Assembly (NCBI GenBank): GCA_047495785.1
Contig: JBLDXI010000024.1
Location: forward strand, 5,146,001 to 5,210,000
Reading direction: 5' to 3'
From: Lepidodermella squamata
Lineage: Eukaryota; Animalia; Gastrotricha
Length of the DNA stretch: 64,000 nt
Within the stretch, counting starts at the first letter, position 1. Every line of letters starts with the position of its first letter. The notes beneath the pieces were generated by a model. The model searched no databases. It saw only the letters and a program-made list of their open reading frames with translations, and was not told the DNA's origin. Positions 9,020 through 22,330 of this stretch are shown piece by piece. The position numbers and the translations under genes were made by a program.

Positions 9020-11548
9020 TCAAAAAACGCCAGCTTTCTCGTAGAGAAGCCGCATTTGCGGCGGCGTCGGCAGCGACTGGTGCGACGAATCGCCGCCGGC
9101 AACAGGTGGTTCCGGGCTCGAATTCACGCCGTCAAACGCGACAACGTGAACCGGCGTCGCGTGCTCCATCGCCTCGTCGAACCCATCCCCGTTTCTGTTG
9201 TCATCGAAATCCGCGGCCGAAATCGACGCCAATTCGTCGGCCGAGTTGCGTCGCCACTGCGCCGGCGACTGGCCAGAAACGCCGCGGACCAGCACCGCCT
9301 TCGACTTGTGCTGCGGCGGCGGCGCCATTTTCTCGCTGCTACTCATCATCAGCAACTGATTGAGGGCTGTGAATGACGAGGCGGCGGCGAGTTGCGACGG
9401 CGCGGTCCACGCCATGCTCTGGCACGCCGCCACGTCCTCGTCGTTCTGCCCGGCATCGTCCGGCGACGAAATCGATTTCGACCTCGGAATCGCGATCGAC
9501 CGCCACGCGCTCGACCGCCGCGAACTCGAGCCCAGCAGCACCTCGCTGCCGCCGTTCATCGCCGGATTGCAGTGAACAATCGTCGGGCGCGGCTTTTCGC
9601 CGACGTTCGAGCTCGGCAACGTGTCGCGCACCGAGGCGGCGAATTTCTTCAAGGCGGCGCGGCACTTCGAGGCCGTCGACATGGGCGGCGTCATTTCGAC
9701 GAGTTTCAGATTGTCGTGGCTCGCCGACTGCTTCAGAATCATCGGCTCCAGCAACGGCTGCCGCATTGCGCCCTGGTGGTACAGCCGCTGCGCGACGGGC
9801 AGGTCGAGCAGAAACTGCGGCGCTTGGCCGAAATTTCGAACCGGCGACGCGTTGTCCGGCTGCGAATTCTCGAACAGCACCCGGAAATTCGCGATCAACA
9901 ACTCGACAACGCGCGCTTGTTTGATGACGTAGCCCAGGGCCTCTTTCGGCGGCATCAAATACGGCTTCAGCAAATTCGGCGCGAAGACAATCGATAGGTT
10001 CTTCGCATTCATGCCCGTCTGGTTGTTTTTCGACGATATCCGCGACAAATGGCTCAACAAGTACTTCAGAGTTCGGTGGTGAGGTGGCGGCAGTGACAAC
10101 AGGAGTTTCCTCATCCTAACCAGCGCAATTTCAGGTTCTTTCTCACTCAAATCGGCACATGCGATGAATTCGAAAAACAGCGAATGCGTCAGCAGCGGGT
10201 TCTGAAGTTCGCGGAAAAACGACTTCAGGAGGGACGCAACCGCGTGGCAGTCATGCGTGTGCGAATCCTGGTCCCCGGGCAGGCGGCCTGCGTCGAAAAT
10301 CGCTCTCAGCGCGTTGATATTCTGAATCGACCCGGAATGGCGGTAAATCCCATCGACAACTCCGACCCTTTCAATCATCTCGCAGCACCACCGAACAACG
10401 AGTGGGATATCCTGATTGTGGTTGACCAAATACGTCGTTAAATCACACCCGAAAACGCGGTCGAAAATGTAGATGCCAGACTGGCGCAGGTGATCACGTG
10501 ACGGCCGTTCTCTGAATAGAACCTGCAAGCAGGACGCAATTTTCCCGTTCTGCTTCAAAACCGGTTTGTTAATCTGGTAGCTCGGGCGATTCTCCGTCGG
10601 GTCCACCGGGCTGGGCGATCGATTTTCCGTATCGCTCGACGACGACTGCTGCATAGCGGCGACGTTTTCAGCCGCGCGCCGCGTGTCGATGATTTCGACG
10701 CAGTGATGCGGGAAATAGCCGACTTTAAACCCGCGCTTGTCGCTCTTCTTACCTCGCCACCACGTTGATTCGGCGGGTGATGGCATCGAGATGACGGAGA
10801 CGAGATCGCCAATGTCGAGATTTAGTTCGTTGTCTGATTCGGCTAGATGCCGGCGGACGCACTGAGCAGCGGCTACGGCTGGAATGTTGAGCGACTTCAG
10901 TTCCACAACGCTTAGATGATTGCCTTTATTATCAAGCTGAAACAAACACCTTTAAACCTGAGATGATCTATAGAAATTACGAAGCTCAAACCTCAAACCA
11001 AGATAGCACTGTGCTGCAATTTATGCTTGTATTGTGACTATTAATAAGTTGCGCCAGAGTTTTAAAATACTGTTCGATCGGTTCGACGATAGGTGACTGG
11101 GTGAAAAGCAAGCATTCAATGGTGACTATCGATCTCGTCATGCAAAAACCTACCCAATCCGAAACATTGCCAGGTGAAGTAGTGTATTTGCGTAAGACAT
11201 TGCTTAGACAAGACAGATTTGTGAAGCTGCGATCCATCAAACAAACATGCAACTGATGGTCGAGCGTAAAAATCTCAGGCAGTGTTTTCTTAACATTCCA
11301 AAATTGACGGCCGGAGTAAATACCGATTTCGAAGACGACTGGCAAAGCGCCTGGGAAGGTTCGTTGAGATAGCATTTTAGCTGAGAGGAAGACTGATTTC
11401 AGGTCACACTCTTCATAGTGAAAGTGGATACAGTCCATTCGGTCAAGGCGGGGAAACTTCGATGCATCCTCGTTCTCATTCTCACCATCGAGCTTGACAG
11501 GAGATGATGACGAGGCAAACATGTGAATAAACTGTTCACCACTCCACC
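9020..11548 (-). CDS. ARHGAP32: ARHGAP32/33 (CdGAPr)-like PX-SH3-RhoGAP protein; multi-exon, 5' end uncertain
   Basis: FPRL..C.HFHYE N-terminal motif; SH3 (EL.L.IGDLV, WWRGK, VGYFP..CV); RhoGAP (VFGCDL, GIYR.SG, NLSIVFAPNLL). Confidence 0.88.
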
Positions 11549-12016
11549 TATACAAAACATAAGGGACTGATCAGAAAGGGATAATAGGAAATTCTAGGGT
11601 TAAGGTATTGGACGATTTGAAGTTCGGAAACGAAGAAGCTAACAGGTAACAGCTACAGAATTGGTACAGGCACATAATTGGTAGAGACATATCCTACAGA
11701 CATTTTCTACATATACCGTCAACTGGGACTTTGGCATAGCAAATCTCGAAGATAGCCGGGCTGATACCCCTTAAATGGATTACCGTTGGTTGGCTTACCT
11801 GATGATCTGAGACAGGTTAAGTGTGTGGAAAAATTCGTGTTTTTACGAGATTTCGATGACTCCGCAGTCAAGCAGGTGGAATGAAATGATTAAACTCGGT
11901 CATATTTAAGAAGCACGACAATCTCTCAATTCTCATTACTCATAATTCCCCAGCTTTTCACTTTCATTTAGGCGGCAAAAGGCTCCCTCTCAGATGGCTC
12001 AGAGGGCGCCCCACCC

Positions 12017-12082
12017 CCAACCTAACCCTAACCCTAACCCCTAACCCTAAAACTAACACTAAACCTAACCATAAACTTAATC
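12017..12082 (+). repeat. Short degenerate (CCCTAA)n telomere-like tract
   Basis: CCTAACCCTAACCCTAACCCCTAACCCTAAAACTAACACTAAACCTAACC. Confidence 0.7.
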
Positions 12083-13700
12083 TTGACCGTCTGATAGCGA
12101 TCGCTCTGAGAGCGATGCCCTCTGAGAGCGCACTTCTACCAACGAAATTGGAAACGGCGGCAAAAGAGCCCCAAATCGATGAATTAATATCAAAATCTCT
12201 CGAAACGTAAGCGGGAGCAACCCAAGCCATAACTTGGGGTGATAACTTGGGTAGCACTGCTAACCCTGTTAGCAATGGAGACAATACTCCGCCACTGGCT
12301 TCAGAAACACACCACAGCGAGGTCAATGAATGGATGCATGGACAATTCTAATGATTTAATCAAGATTTAGGATTAAGATCTCAACAGGTTACCAGGCTGA
12401 TTTGACAACGAAAAACGGAAAATCCTTTACCTACTTCATGCTAGGGTGCTGGGGTAGGATTGGAGAGATGGGACATGCGAGTGTGGAAGTGTGGGAGTGG
12501 GAGTAGGAGATGGGCACAAGGCACAACGAAAACAAAGATGGAACGCAGCGAAACATCAAAGACCCCCGCCAGCATATCGATAAATCATTGTCACCCCCTA
12601 TCGCGCAAAAATAAATTATTAACAGAAATATTCTGAGCCATGCAATAAAATGACACAGTGAATCACAAAATATTATAAAATAGAACACTACGTAAACTAT
12701 GTTGAAGAAAAGCGCGCGTAATTTTTTGAAAGTTTGCGAGTGAGTCCTTCGCCCATTAGATCCGCGTCTTTTGTAAGGATGCGGTCATTTTTCGCCTCAT
12801 GGCAAACCACCTATCTTATTTTTGCACAGGGGTCACTAGTCACGACCCTGTCAGAATTTTTAGTAACAACCAGAGCACTATAAAGAATACCCTTATTTTC
12901 TTCAAACGCCTAGCCTTACATGTATCTAGAGCCACAACTATTGTCCAAGGATTGGCAAATTACCTTCGGCATTAGGGCTTTTCTCTGCCCAATGATTGAA
13001 TTTGCTTCCTTGGGGACCTCCCCCAAGGTATGAGGGCAGGCATTAGATCCGCGTCTCGCGCTCATCGCTGTCTCAGCCAAGAATCGCGAGCAACTCGAGA
13101 CGGGTAGTATGCAGCGTGAGCTGTCGACCGATGGATGAAGGCGAATCGATTAGCTCTTGCTGCTAAAAAAGCCAAGTTATGCCGATCACCAACAATTCAA
13201 TTCAAATGCCAAACCACATCAAATACCTCGCTTTCATCATCTATTTCCGTCTGTGCTGGTCTTCACACATCGATCTCATCACGGGTTCAGATAATTTAGG
13301 GCTCCTAAAATGCGGTAGTATATTAATTAATTTACGAAACAGATTTAATGCATCCAAGTTTCACGATTTGAGTTTTGAGTTCGCTACATGTCAGTGGCGT
13401 AGATAATCCTAAACCGAGTGGTCGCGCGCTAACGCCACACACCGAGTAGGGTAGTGTCAATTTCGTTTCAAGATCCCCCATACGCATTATTTCACAAATC
13501 GTGACTAATAAGTATACTTGCAAATGTAAAGAAACCGTTTTTCTTTGAAGTACGCCACACCTGTAAATGGCAAGGGCGCTTTTCGAAGTACACCACACTT
13601 CATTTTGGGGGTTGAAGACCGCTCATCAACGCCACTGCTACATGTTTATATTTATTGATATAGGATTTAATGAATGTAAAATGTGTTCAAGTATCTGAAA

Positions 13701-14834
13701 ATGAACTTGGACGGGAAGAAGCAAATACACGAAGCAGCTCAAGCTGGTGACGTTTCTTTGGTTGAAAAATTGCTGAACGAGGCAGATGATGGGAGCGGTC
13801 AAATAGGCAATGTGAACTCTTTGAAGCGAGGCGATTGGTAAAATGCTATTCAGCATTAGTTTTTATCACACTGCTGACTCTTATTAGGACGCCGGTAATG
13901 ATGGCTGCGGCTAAAGGGCACCTGAACATAATCAAGCTTCTTGTGAATCGTGGTGCTCAGTTGAAAATGCGGAATCGAGACGGATGGTCTGTTCTTCACA
14001 TCGCATGTAGGTAAATATTCAGCCAGTGAGCGTCATTCCTCTAGTTATTTGCGTTATTAGGCAGGGATCGATTGAAGCAGTACGATTTCTCGTGGAAACA
14101 TGTCATGAGTTATGCTCCATCGTCAGCAAAAACGGGAGGAGCTGCTTACACATAGCTGGTTAGCTTTAAAAACCTTGAAAATATGCGTAATTTTGAAGCA
14201 ACTGCCTGCAATAGCGTTGCATGGATTCACCGAAATAGTTGACTTTCTTCTGCGATCTTCGTGGCCGCTCGGGACTGATTGCAAAGACAATTGTGGCACA
14301 ACGCCTCTTATGGACGCTATAAGGTGCGGATTCATCGAAACTTCGAACACGTTGATAAGTTATAGGGTATTATTTTGGATAATTTGAAGTGTTGAGTTAC
14401 TTAAAATTGTCAAATTCAGGCCGATTTAAACGCCCGTGATGGCCTTGGCCGAACTCTAATTCACATTGCTGCTCAAGCTGATTCTATTGCGAGCTTAGAA
14501 TTTTTGAGGGCTCAGAATTTGCCGATTTCTTTCGATTCAGCTTCATCTGACGGATCTACGCCGTTAATGCTCGCGGCCAGGGTAAGAAATTCGATTTACG
14601 CTAGCAATTTGAACTACATAACAATTATTCAGGAGGGGCATACCGAGGCTGTGTCTTGGCTGCTGAGTCGCTCCAAAGTTGATCCTAAAAAATGTGATAA
14701 TCACAGGCGGACAGGTATGATACGATTTAATCCTCTACAATACTGTAAAAGACTTTCTATTTTTTTCAGCCATAGATCACGCGAAAATCGCAAATAGGTC
14801 TATTGTCATGGCTATTTTGTTAAATATTCACTAA
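13701..14834 (+). CDS. ANKRD16: ANKRD16-like ankyrin repeat protein; ~7 short exons, 5' end uncertain
   Basis: Spliced translation LKRGDWTPVMMA..NRDGWSVLHIAC..ALHG..KDNCGTTPLMDAIRCG matches ANKRD16 motifs as I recall them; AATAAA downstream. Confidence 0.78.
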
Positions 14835-15084
14835 CACTGCGATACATTGTTTGAGATTGAAATAAAAATATAATTTCAAAAATGGTTTTGTTGCTATTAC
14901 GTCGAAATACCCGCGCTTTCGTCATGGGGGCTGAATGCTGAATGTTAGTTCGACACGCACGGATAATTTCGAGCTGGTTGCACATGATTGAAATCGGGTT
15001 TCGCGGATGTACTCACTATACTGTTGAAACAACACGCTATGAGTGAATTAGTCGGCTCGTCAATTTGCTAGGATATGCAGAAAA

Positions 15085-18000
15085 ATGTCCGCTGAACAAG
15101 GAAAGAAGCCGGCAACGGAGCCCACTGTGGCTGAAAATGGCGGTGAAGGGGTTGCGACACAAGCTGCAGGCGGCTGGGGTTCGGGAATAGAATTCATTCT
15201 AACATCTCTTGGTTTCGCCGTCGGCCTCGGAAATATCTGGCGTTTTCCCAACATGGTTTAAAATTTATAGCCTATTTTAGCGCAGGAGTACAGCTTTTTT
15301 TAAATATCAGGTATTCGCGAACGGAGGCGGCGCTTTCTTGATTCCTTACAGCATTTGCCTCATTTTCATCGCGATTCCGCTTCTATTAGCGGAAGCAGGT
15401 GAGAAAACCTTGAACTATACACATTTTGCTAAGAGTTAAATCCCTAGCAATTGGTCAATATTCGGCAAAAGGACCCATTGGGGTTTGGGATATGGTACCA
15501 CTTTTTCGAGGGTGCGGAATCGCGTCTGTGGTACTCTCGATGATAAGTACAATCTACTACAACGCGCCAGTAAATTTGGAGAGGTCCAACACTTTTACCT
15601 AAAACGTTCTCATTAGATATCATGGGCTGCTTTCTATCTCGTGTCATCAATGGGAAATCCTTTACCCTGGACACAGTGTGGTGCTTGGTCAACAGCAAAC
15701 TGTACGGAAGACGCCGCTCTTCTCGCCGATCTGGCTTCCGCCTCTCACGCTGCCAGTATGGCACTGCCACAGGACGAAACAAGCGAAACTACGACTCATT
15801 TTTCCACTGAGACTGATCTTTCGGCTGGATTCGCCGTAGGTCCGGCTGAGGAGTATTTCTAGTGAGTCTTCTTTATGAGCATTGATCTTATCTAAATTTC
15901 GTTCAGTTTGAGGGCATTGAAAGTAACAAATTCACTAACTCAATGGGGCACTCTGAGCTGGGATCTGCTGCTTTGCAATCTCGTCATCTGGCTCATCATT
16001 TTTGGCGTCGTCTGCAAAGGAGCGGAAAGTAAGTCTCGGAAAAATATGCTCCCCAAAATTCAAGTATCTTTGATTAGGCCTTGGAAAAGTAAGGATTTCA
16101 TCTATTTGGCGTATAACTCAGCTAGGCATTTAGGTTGCATATTTCACTACGCTCTTTCCATACGTTATGCTCACGGCTATGCTGATTTTCACCGCAACCT
16201 TACCTGGAGCTGATTTGGGCGTCAAGTTTTACCTGGAAGCAGATCTGAGTAGAGTAAGTTGTTAGGATGACGAATGGCGAATAGGCAAATCGCTTTTTCA
16301 ATATTTAGCTGGCTGATATTAAAGTTTGGCGGTCAGCTGTTAGCCAAGTGTTCTTTTCCACTGGATGCGCTTCGGGCGGGGTCATTCAAATGGCGTCTTA
16401 CAACCGCTTCGAGCATAAAGTTGTACGAGACACTATACTAGTCCCGATTTTAGACGGATTGACAAGTCTTTACGCTGGCTTTGGTGTTTTCACAGTTTTA
16501 GGGTACATGGCGCAACAGCGAGGCGTTTCTGTCGCTAAAGTTGTCGAATCAGGGCCTGGTCTGATTTTCGGTAAAAATACCGATTTTCTGCGTTAATAAT
16601 GGTTATGCCAATTTTATTTGCTGCTAGTTACCTACCCAGAAGCTTTATCTCAAATGCCCGGCTCAGCCGCTTGGTCGTTTTTCTTTTTCTTCATGATTTG
16701 CATCTTAGGCCTGTCGAGCCAGTTTCCATCTATTGAGGTACTACCATGCGATTTTTTTCAACAAGCCTTTCAACTTTTTCGTCAATCTAGACTATCTGCG
16801 GTACATTAGGATCTAAAGTAAGGCGTGAAAGGCTTAAGCTTCACATAAATGATCGGGTTTTATAGCTGCCATGGACTCAAAAAAACTGGATGACCAGGAT
16901 TTTCTTCCGTTTTGCGGTTTGCATGGCCGCTTTCATACTCGGAATATTTTTCTACTTCGGCGTAGGTTTCCATTAGATATTCTACACATTGAGCTGTCAT
17001 CTCAACTTTAGAACGGATATTTCACCTACTTCTTGATCGACGAGCGTGTCATTGGTTATCCAATGATTATTATTGGTTTAGTAGAGGCTGTTGGCGTTGC
17101 TTGGGTCTACGGATCAGACAGGCTTATGTCTAACATTGAAGAAATGACTGGAGCTTGGCGTTGGAAGTGGCTCAAAGTATTCTGGGTTGTTTGCTGGAAG
17201 ATTGTCGCGCCAGTGGCTTTAGGGGTATGTAGAAATCGTAGAGGAGAAATGGGAGAAATTTTCAATACTGAAAATTGAGTTGGTTTTTGCGATCTAACTT
17301 TCTCTCATCCGATTTAACAAAAATTCGCTGCTTTTGTTTATCTCATCGCTCCAATAATCTGACTTTTGGTTGATGCTCTATTACAGCTCATCTTCATATT
17401 GGACATCGCTACTTTGGAGCCACTTCACGTTCGAGGCTACACTTTCCCTCATTGGGCGATAAGTATTGCTGGACTAATTATGAGCATACCTCTTGCTTGT
17501 ATGGTTCTGTATGCGCTTCACATCTACTGCAAAACCTGCGAGGGATATCGGGTAATTTCAGGAAAAATTTCGTCTGATAAATTTTGAATCTACAATATTT
17601 ATTGCAGTTTTTACACAAGACTACCTTGCCAAACAAGAACTGGATCCCAGCGAGTAGATCGCGGTCAAACCTTGAATCTTTAGCTTCATGGTCAACTGGT
17701 GGCATCGCGATCAATTTCGACCGCGCAGAAGATCATTCAGATGAAAATGATCAGCAGCAACATCGCGCTCATCACCATGCCAACCAAAACCACCAGCCTC
17801 ACGTTCATCACTATCAAAAGAATAACAAACAAAGGCAAGTTACTAGCCAAGAGAGCATTGATGCGCTGCGAAATCGATCTGCAACGCCGCACGCTGTCAT
17901 GGAGGCACATCACAACGCGGCGTATGACAACACGGAGACTTTGCACGCGATTTACGACGCTATGAATGCTGGCGAAACACAGGCTAATGAAGATCAAGGG

Positions 18001-18318
18001 GGCATTGAGCTGAAGGAGCTCGGTCATCATGATAGTGAGGATGTGACTCAAGAAGTTCACAAAGCGGCGTCTTTAGCATCCCTCTCGCTGTCGTCGACCT
18101 CCGCCTCTGAAACAGGCACTTCTATAGTGCCAGGTGCGACGGCATCGGAGACTGATACGGCGGTGGAGGCCCCGCCAAGACGACGTTACATCCAGCATGG
18201 CGATGAGGTTCTCGAACGTATTCAGCACAACGACAATAATCACGAGCAGAAATTGCTCAAGTCAAATAACAGTGATAAAGTGCTAATAGCTGAGAAAAAT
18301 GTTGAATTCTGTGTCTAG
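15085..18318 (+). CDS. SLC6 Na+/Cl- neurotransmitter/amino-acid symporter; ~14 exons, long polar C-tail
   Basis: [51 protein letters not shown] motifs across short introns. Confidence 0.93.
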
Positions 18319-18954
18319 GCAACGATAGTATTTCCTTGTTTTCATAACAAATTTGAATCTGCGAATAACCCACATTGGCATGTCTTTAGAGTAAACGTCA
18401 GCTTAATTATTGGGATTTGGTATTTCGTCGCACGCTCTTCCGAATGAATTAGGAAGGTCGCGTTTAAACAGGGCGCAGCTTGGCAAGTGATCACTCTGCC
18501 TTAGAAGCCTCCTGAAACCTGAAACTAAAAAAACGTAAACGTAAACGGCAGCTTCCACATTGAGGAGAGTTTTTCTACGCAGAAATGAGCGACCTAATTT
18601 CTCATATTTCCGTGTTTGCGTTAACAGCATTTTCCTTAACAATCCACAACGTGTCTCCATAACGTTATTCTTCTCAAGACTTTCTGCCAGGCATGAGACT
18701 TACAGTAGGTCTCATGCTGCCGGGTGGTTGCTCACTAACATTAACATCGCTCAACACCGGCAGCGTTTCATTTTTCCAGTTCCAGGAAATACGAACAACA
18801 CTAGAGTTTAATTTTACCACTTCGCTTTGCGGAGGCTTTGTTGACCCCGCCTTGTTTACCGCCATTTGATCAAACGTTCGAAACAAATTTCCGGTGAACT
18901 TCGAACAGTTGACAGCTGCGGAAGGTGATATTTTTAAAATCTGCTGTTGAAACG

Positions 18955-20103
18955 ATGCATTACCTTGTTATTCTCACCTTATCAGGCACTCTTTTGCTTG
19001 CTGGCTGCAGCAATTACCAAAGCTACATTTTGAAAAATAGGATGACGGCTGATTTGTTGAAAAGATGTCCGCAGTTTTCACGCGAGTCCCCAAGCGCAAG
19101 TTGCTACAAGGCGAAGGCGACTGCTAAAGATATTGCTGGGTCGAAGAGGTGCTTGCAAACGAGCGTTATCCTTTATTACTATCCCATTCGATTAGTCGAA
19201 GTCAACGACGTCCGAGAAGCAATAACAGTCGCCGCAGACATTAAGGTCACCTGGCATGCCTTTTGTTCAAATCTTAGTAAGAATGGCTATGAAGTCAAAT
19301 TCCACCCAGATGAATCGCAACTATGGTATCCTCGTTTTTCTCTTGAGGATGCAGTGGAAAACCCAGGATTGCAAGGATCTTCATCAATTTTAACTGCAAC
19401 CATGAGCGACGACACAGCACATTTTACGAAAATGATCACAGTAATGTTGACAGCGGCCTGCGTTTTCGACCTCAGCCGATTCCCATTCGACAGGCAAATT
19501 TGCACGATTGCATTTCGGCCAGATGAAACTGATCCACAAATTCAATTTGAGGATGGCCGGCTAGGTCAGAATCAGCTGTACAATCACAGCAATTGGATTG
19601 TCGAACAGATCACCCCGACTTGGCACCGGAATAAACATGATGCTCAACACTACCCAGCATTCGTTTATGCATTACGCCGTGACCCTACGTTCTATGTCCG
19701 ATTTCTAATGGCTCCCTGCGCGGTGTTGACCACTTTCAACCTGATATCTCTAGCAATGCACGCTTCCATGCCGCATCGGCCTGCTTTTTCGCTGTCTCTA
19801 GTTCTTTCCCTGACTGTTTTGCAGCTCGAAGTATACTCCAGGACTCCGCCGACACCGCTGCCGATTCTTCTATCGTCTTACATACGATACTGTGAGTTGC
19901 TGTCCAGCATAATCGCTCTTTACACAATCGCCACTTTCAACCTAGCAAAAACCTACAAAGAACGGCTTTTGTCGAACGTTTTACAATTCAACGGTATTAA
20001 ATTATCTCTAAATCGCACTCTCGACTTGATTTTTCTACTCACAAGTTCATTAATATTTACTTACATTCATTATAGAGTTTACCGAATGCATGTAGAGCTG
20101 TAG
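18955..20103 (+). CDS. Divergent Cys-loop ligand-gated ion channel subunit, intronless
   Basis: Signal peptide, LWYP, Cys-loop CVFDLSRFPFDRQIC, LRR pre-M1, four hydrophobic helices, very short M3-M4 loop. Confidence 0.88.
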   Translation: MHYLVILTLSGTLLLAGCSNYQSYILKNRMTADLLKRCPQFSRESPSASCYKAKATAKDIAGSKRCLQTSVILYYYPIRLVEVNDVREAITVAADIKVTWHAFCSNLSKNGYEVKFHPDESQLWYPRFSLEDAVENPGLQGSSSILTATMSDDTAHFTKMITVMLTAACVFDLSRFPFDRQICTIAFRPDETDPQIQFEDGRLGQNQLYNHSNWIVEQITPTWHRNKHDAQHYPAFVYALRRDPTFYVRFLMAPCAVLTTFNLISLAMHASMPHRPAFSLSLVLSLTVLQLEVYSRTPPTPLPILLSSYIRYCELLSSIIALYTIATFNLAKTYKERLLSNVLQFNGIKLSLNRTLDLIFLLTSSLIFTYIHYRVYRMHVEL

Positions 20104-20341
20104 AACAATAAATAACTTCACCAATATTGTTTCGCACCAATTGTGTCAATACAGCAAGACTTTTCAGGAATTAGGATCAAAGGTCACGATTCGAAAAAAA
20201 CGGGGAAGTTCGTCAAACTACAATAATTTCCGTGAATTATTTGATTTCACATAAGCCGGCGATCAACTGTGATAGGTCTTTTTTAATATCCGGACTAGCT
20301 ACTGACGATTCAATGGAAATTCAATTAATTTGTCAGAAACT

Positions 20342-21481
20342 ATGATCAATTGTTTTTCGATTTTAGCTTTTGAAGCCTTGTTCATCCATGGCTTTATGGC
20401 TGAAGAGGTTCTTCTGACTCAGTCTTATGCATTGATCTCGCAATGCAAGACATTTTCGCCGGAATCATACGCTCCGGACTGTGCTGCAAACCATACGGAA
20501 AACAGGCATACTTGCAAAGCCACCGCAGTCGATGTGCATTTTTCTGCGAAGAAAGTGATCGACATCGATGTTTCGTCCATGTCTTTCAGTGTGTATGGGT
20601 CGCTAATCCTTAAATGGCGGGCGCATTGTTCTAACATACCTAAACTTCTCCCCGGTACTCAAATTGAGGAAACATGGGTTTGGAAGCCGAGAATAATCCA
20701 TAAAAACGCTATGGAAAATTTTGACATGGTTGGTGCGAGCTCGATTTTCAGAATAGATCATAACGTCACGGGTTCAAATATTGAGTTTTCTTGGTACAAA
20801 TCACATGTTTTTGTTTCCGAATGTGACATGACATTGGCAATGTTTCCATTTGACAACCACATCTGCACCGTTTCTTTCGGCATTTTGAGCAAAGGAAGTG
20901 GTACAGAACTGTATCCAGATGCAACACTTGCGAGAGCCAGGAACTTTGAAGCTTTGGACGTCCATTGGGCTGTTACCAACAACCCTAAATTAGAAAAATT
21001 GGACGATAGTTTGCAGATCAAATTCAAGATTCATCGAAAGTCGATGTATCACGTATGGTTCTATTTGATTCCAACTGGCGTTTTGACCTTGTTCGCCACG
21101 TCATCTCTTTTCTTTAACCCCACCCTGCCGGATAGGCCAATGTACTCAGTCACGATTCTTCTAGCGCTGACGTTTATGCGAGTCCAAATGATGAACGAGC
21201 TGCCAAAAATGCCAAGACTTACCCTTCTCGGGATGTTCACACTGGCATGTGAGCTGATATCAGGTCTTCTTACAATGTATAACCTTGTCATTTGCGGCTT
21301 AGCTAAACGATTCAAAGACTTTTTTGCCTCGCCGTGTATTCAATTCAAAGGTTGTTTCTCGATCACTTACGGTAGATACTACGATTTTATTGCGTTTTTC
21401 GTTTCTAATCTTCTGTTTGCTCTTGCTTGCACATCTGTCATTATTGTCGCGATGGGGTTGAACAAACATTACAATACATAA
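20342..21481 (+). CDS. Second divergent intronless Cys-loop channel subunit
   Basis: VWKP, Cys-loop CDMTLAMFPFDNHIC, IHRK pre-M1, four TM helices. Confidence 0.88.
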   Translation: MINCFSILAFEALFIHGFMAEEVLLTQSYALISQCKTFSPESYAPDCAANHTENRHTCKATAVDVHFSAKKVIDIDVSSMSFSVYGSLILKWRAHCSNIPKLLPGTQIEETWVWKPRIIHKNAMENFDMVGASSIFRIDHNVTGSNIEFSWYKSHVFVSECDMTLAMFPFDNHICTVSFGILSKGSGTELYPDATLARARNFEALDVHWAVTNNPKLEKLDDSLQIKFKIHRKSMYHVWFYLIPTGVLTLFATSSLFFNPTLPDRPMYSVTILLALTFMRVQMMNELPKMPRLTLLGMFTLACELISGLLTMYNLVICGLAKRFKDFFASPCIQFKGCFSITYGRYYDFIAFFVSNLLFALACTSVIIVAMGLNKHYNT

Positions 21482-22330
21482 TATTGGAAGGCGCAAATCG
21501 CCCCATGATTGAGGATGAAGCTATAAGCCATAAAAGTTTCATCATTTTTTAATCATTTTTTCCTCGCTTTCGGTATAAGTCTATAATTTTCGGCGGTAAT
21601 TGTTTTCCGCAAAGCACAGACAACATTTCCTAGACCGTAGATGGGACGAATGGCCAGACGAAGTTAACGTCGAATACATAGGCTTTACCGAAACATTAGC
21701 AGCCAGTAAAAGCTTACTCCTTTAGCTACTCCTTTACTGGATGACTTCCGAGCAAAGCACTTTGAGCAAAACTCAAAATGCGCATGAAATCTTAGCCAGC
21801 AGGACAGAGCCAGGGCGTTTTTATCAGTTATGACTCTTTACTGTTTCTGGTGGAGCTTTGGAACGTCGATTCACGATTGGGTGGAAAAAGTGTTTGACAA
21901 AATCGAACATTTTTGCGCATTATTAGGCAACCCACCGTAACGACTCACCGACACAATTTCTCAGTTCAATCACTCAAGCAATTCTTTCATCGCAAGGTGA
22001 TAAAGGTCGATAAGAAGTAAGTGACGTGCATACCCACTGGAGCTATTGTTCCGCATTACCGATTTAATGAGGGGTGCGAACTTTTTGGCTGAGCATTTTC
22101 GACCCCAACTTCTCTCACCTTGCTGGTAGTCACGCTGTTTAATTGCTACTTAATATGTTAGCATTCAAGGTTTATTTTTGTCAGTCATAGCTAAGTCGTC
22201 CGTGACGGGACCTGGCGTGTCAAGTTTTCGAAAATTCATCTCTTGATAGATTCTGACCTTTTGTTGCCATTTTCCTAACTGCTTGCTCTTATTAACAGCT
22301 ATCATTTTTGAAAATGATTTATTTTAATTA

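Noticed and set aside
8936-9997. Overlapping Arg/Ala-rich ORFs opposite the RhoGAP and, likewise, opposite UFC1
   Set aside because: Shadow ORFs of GC-rich coding sequence
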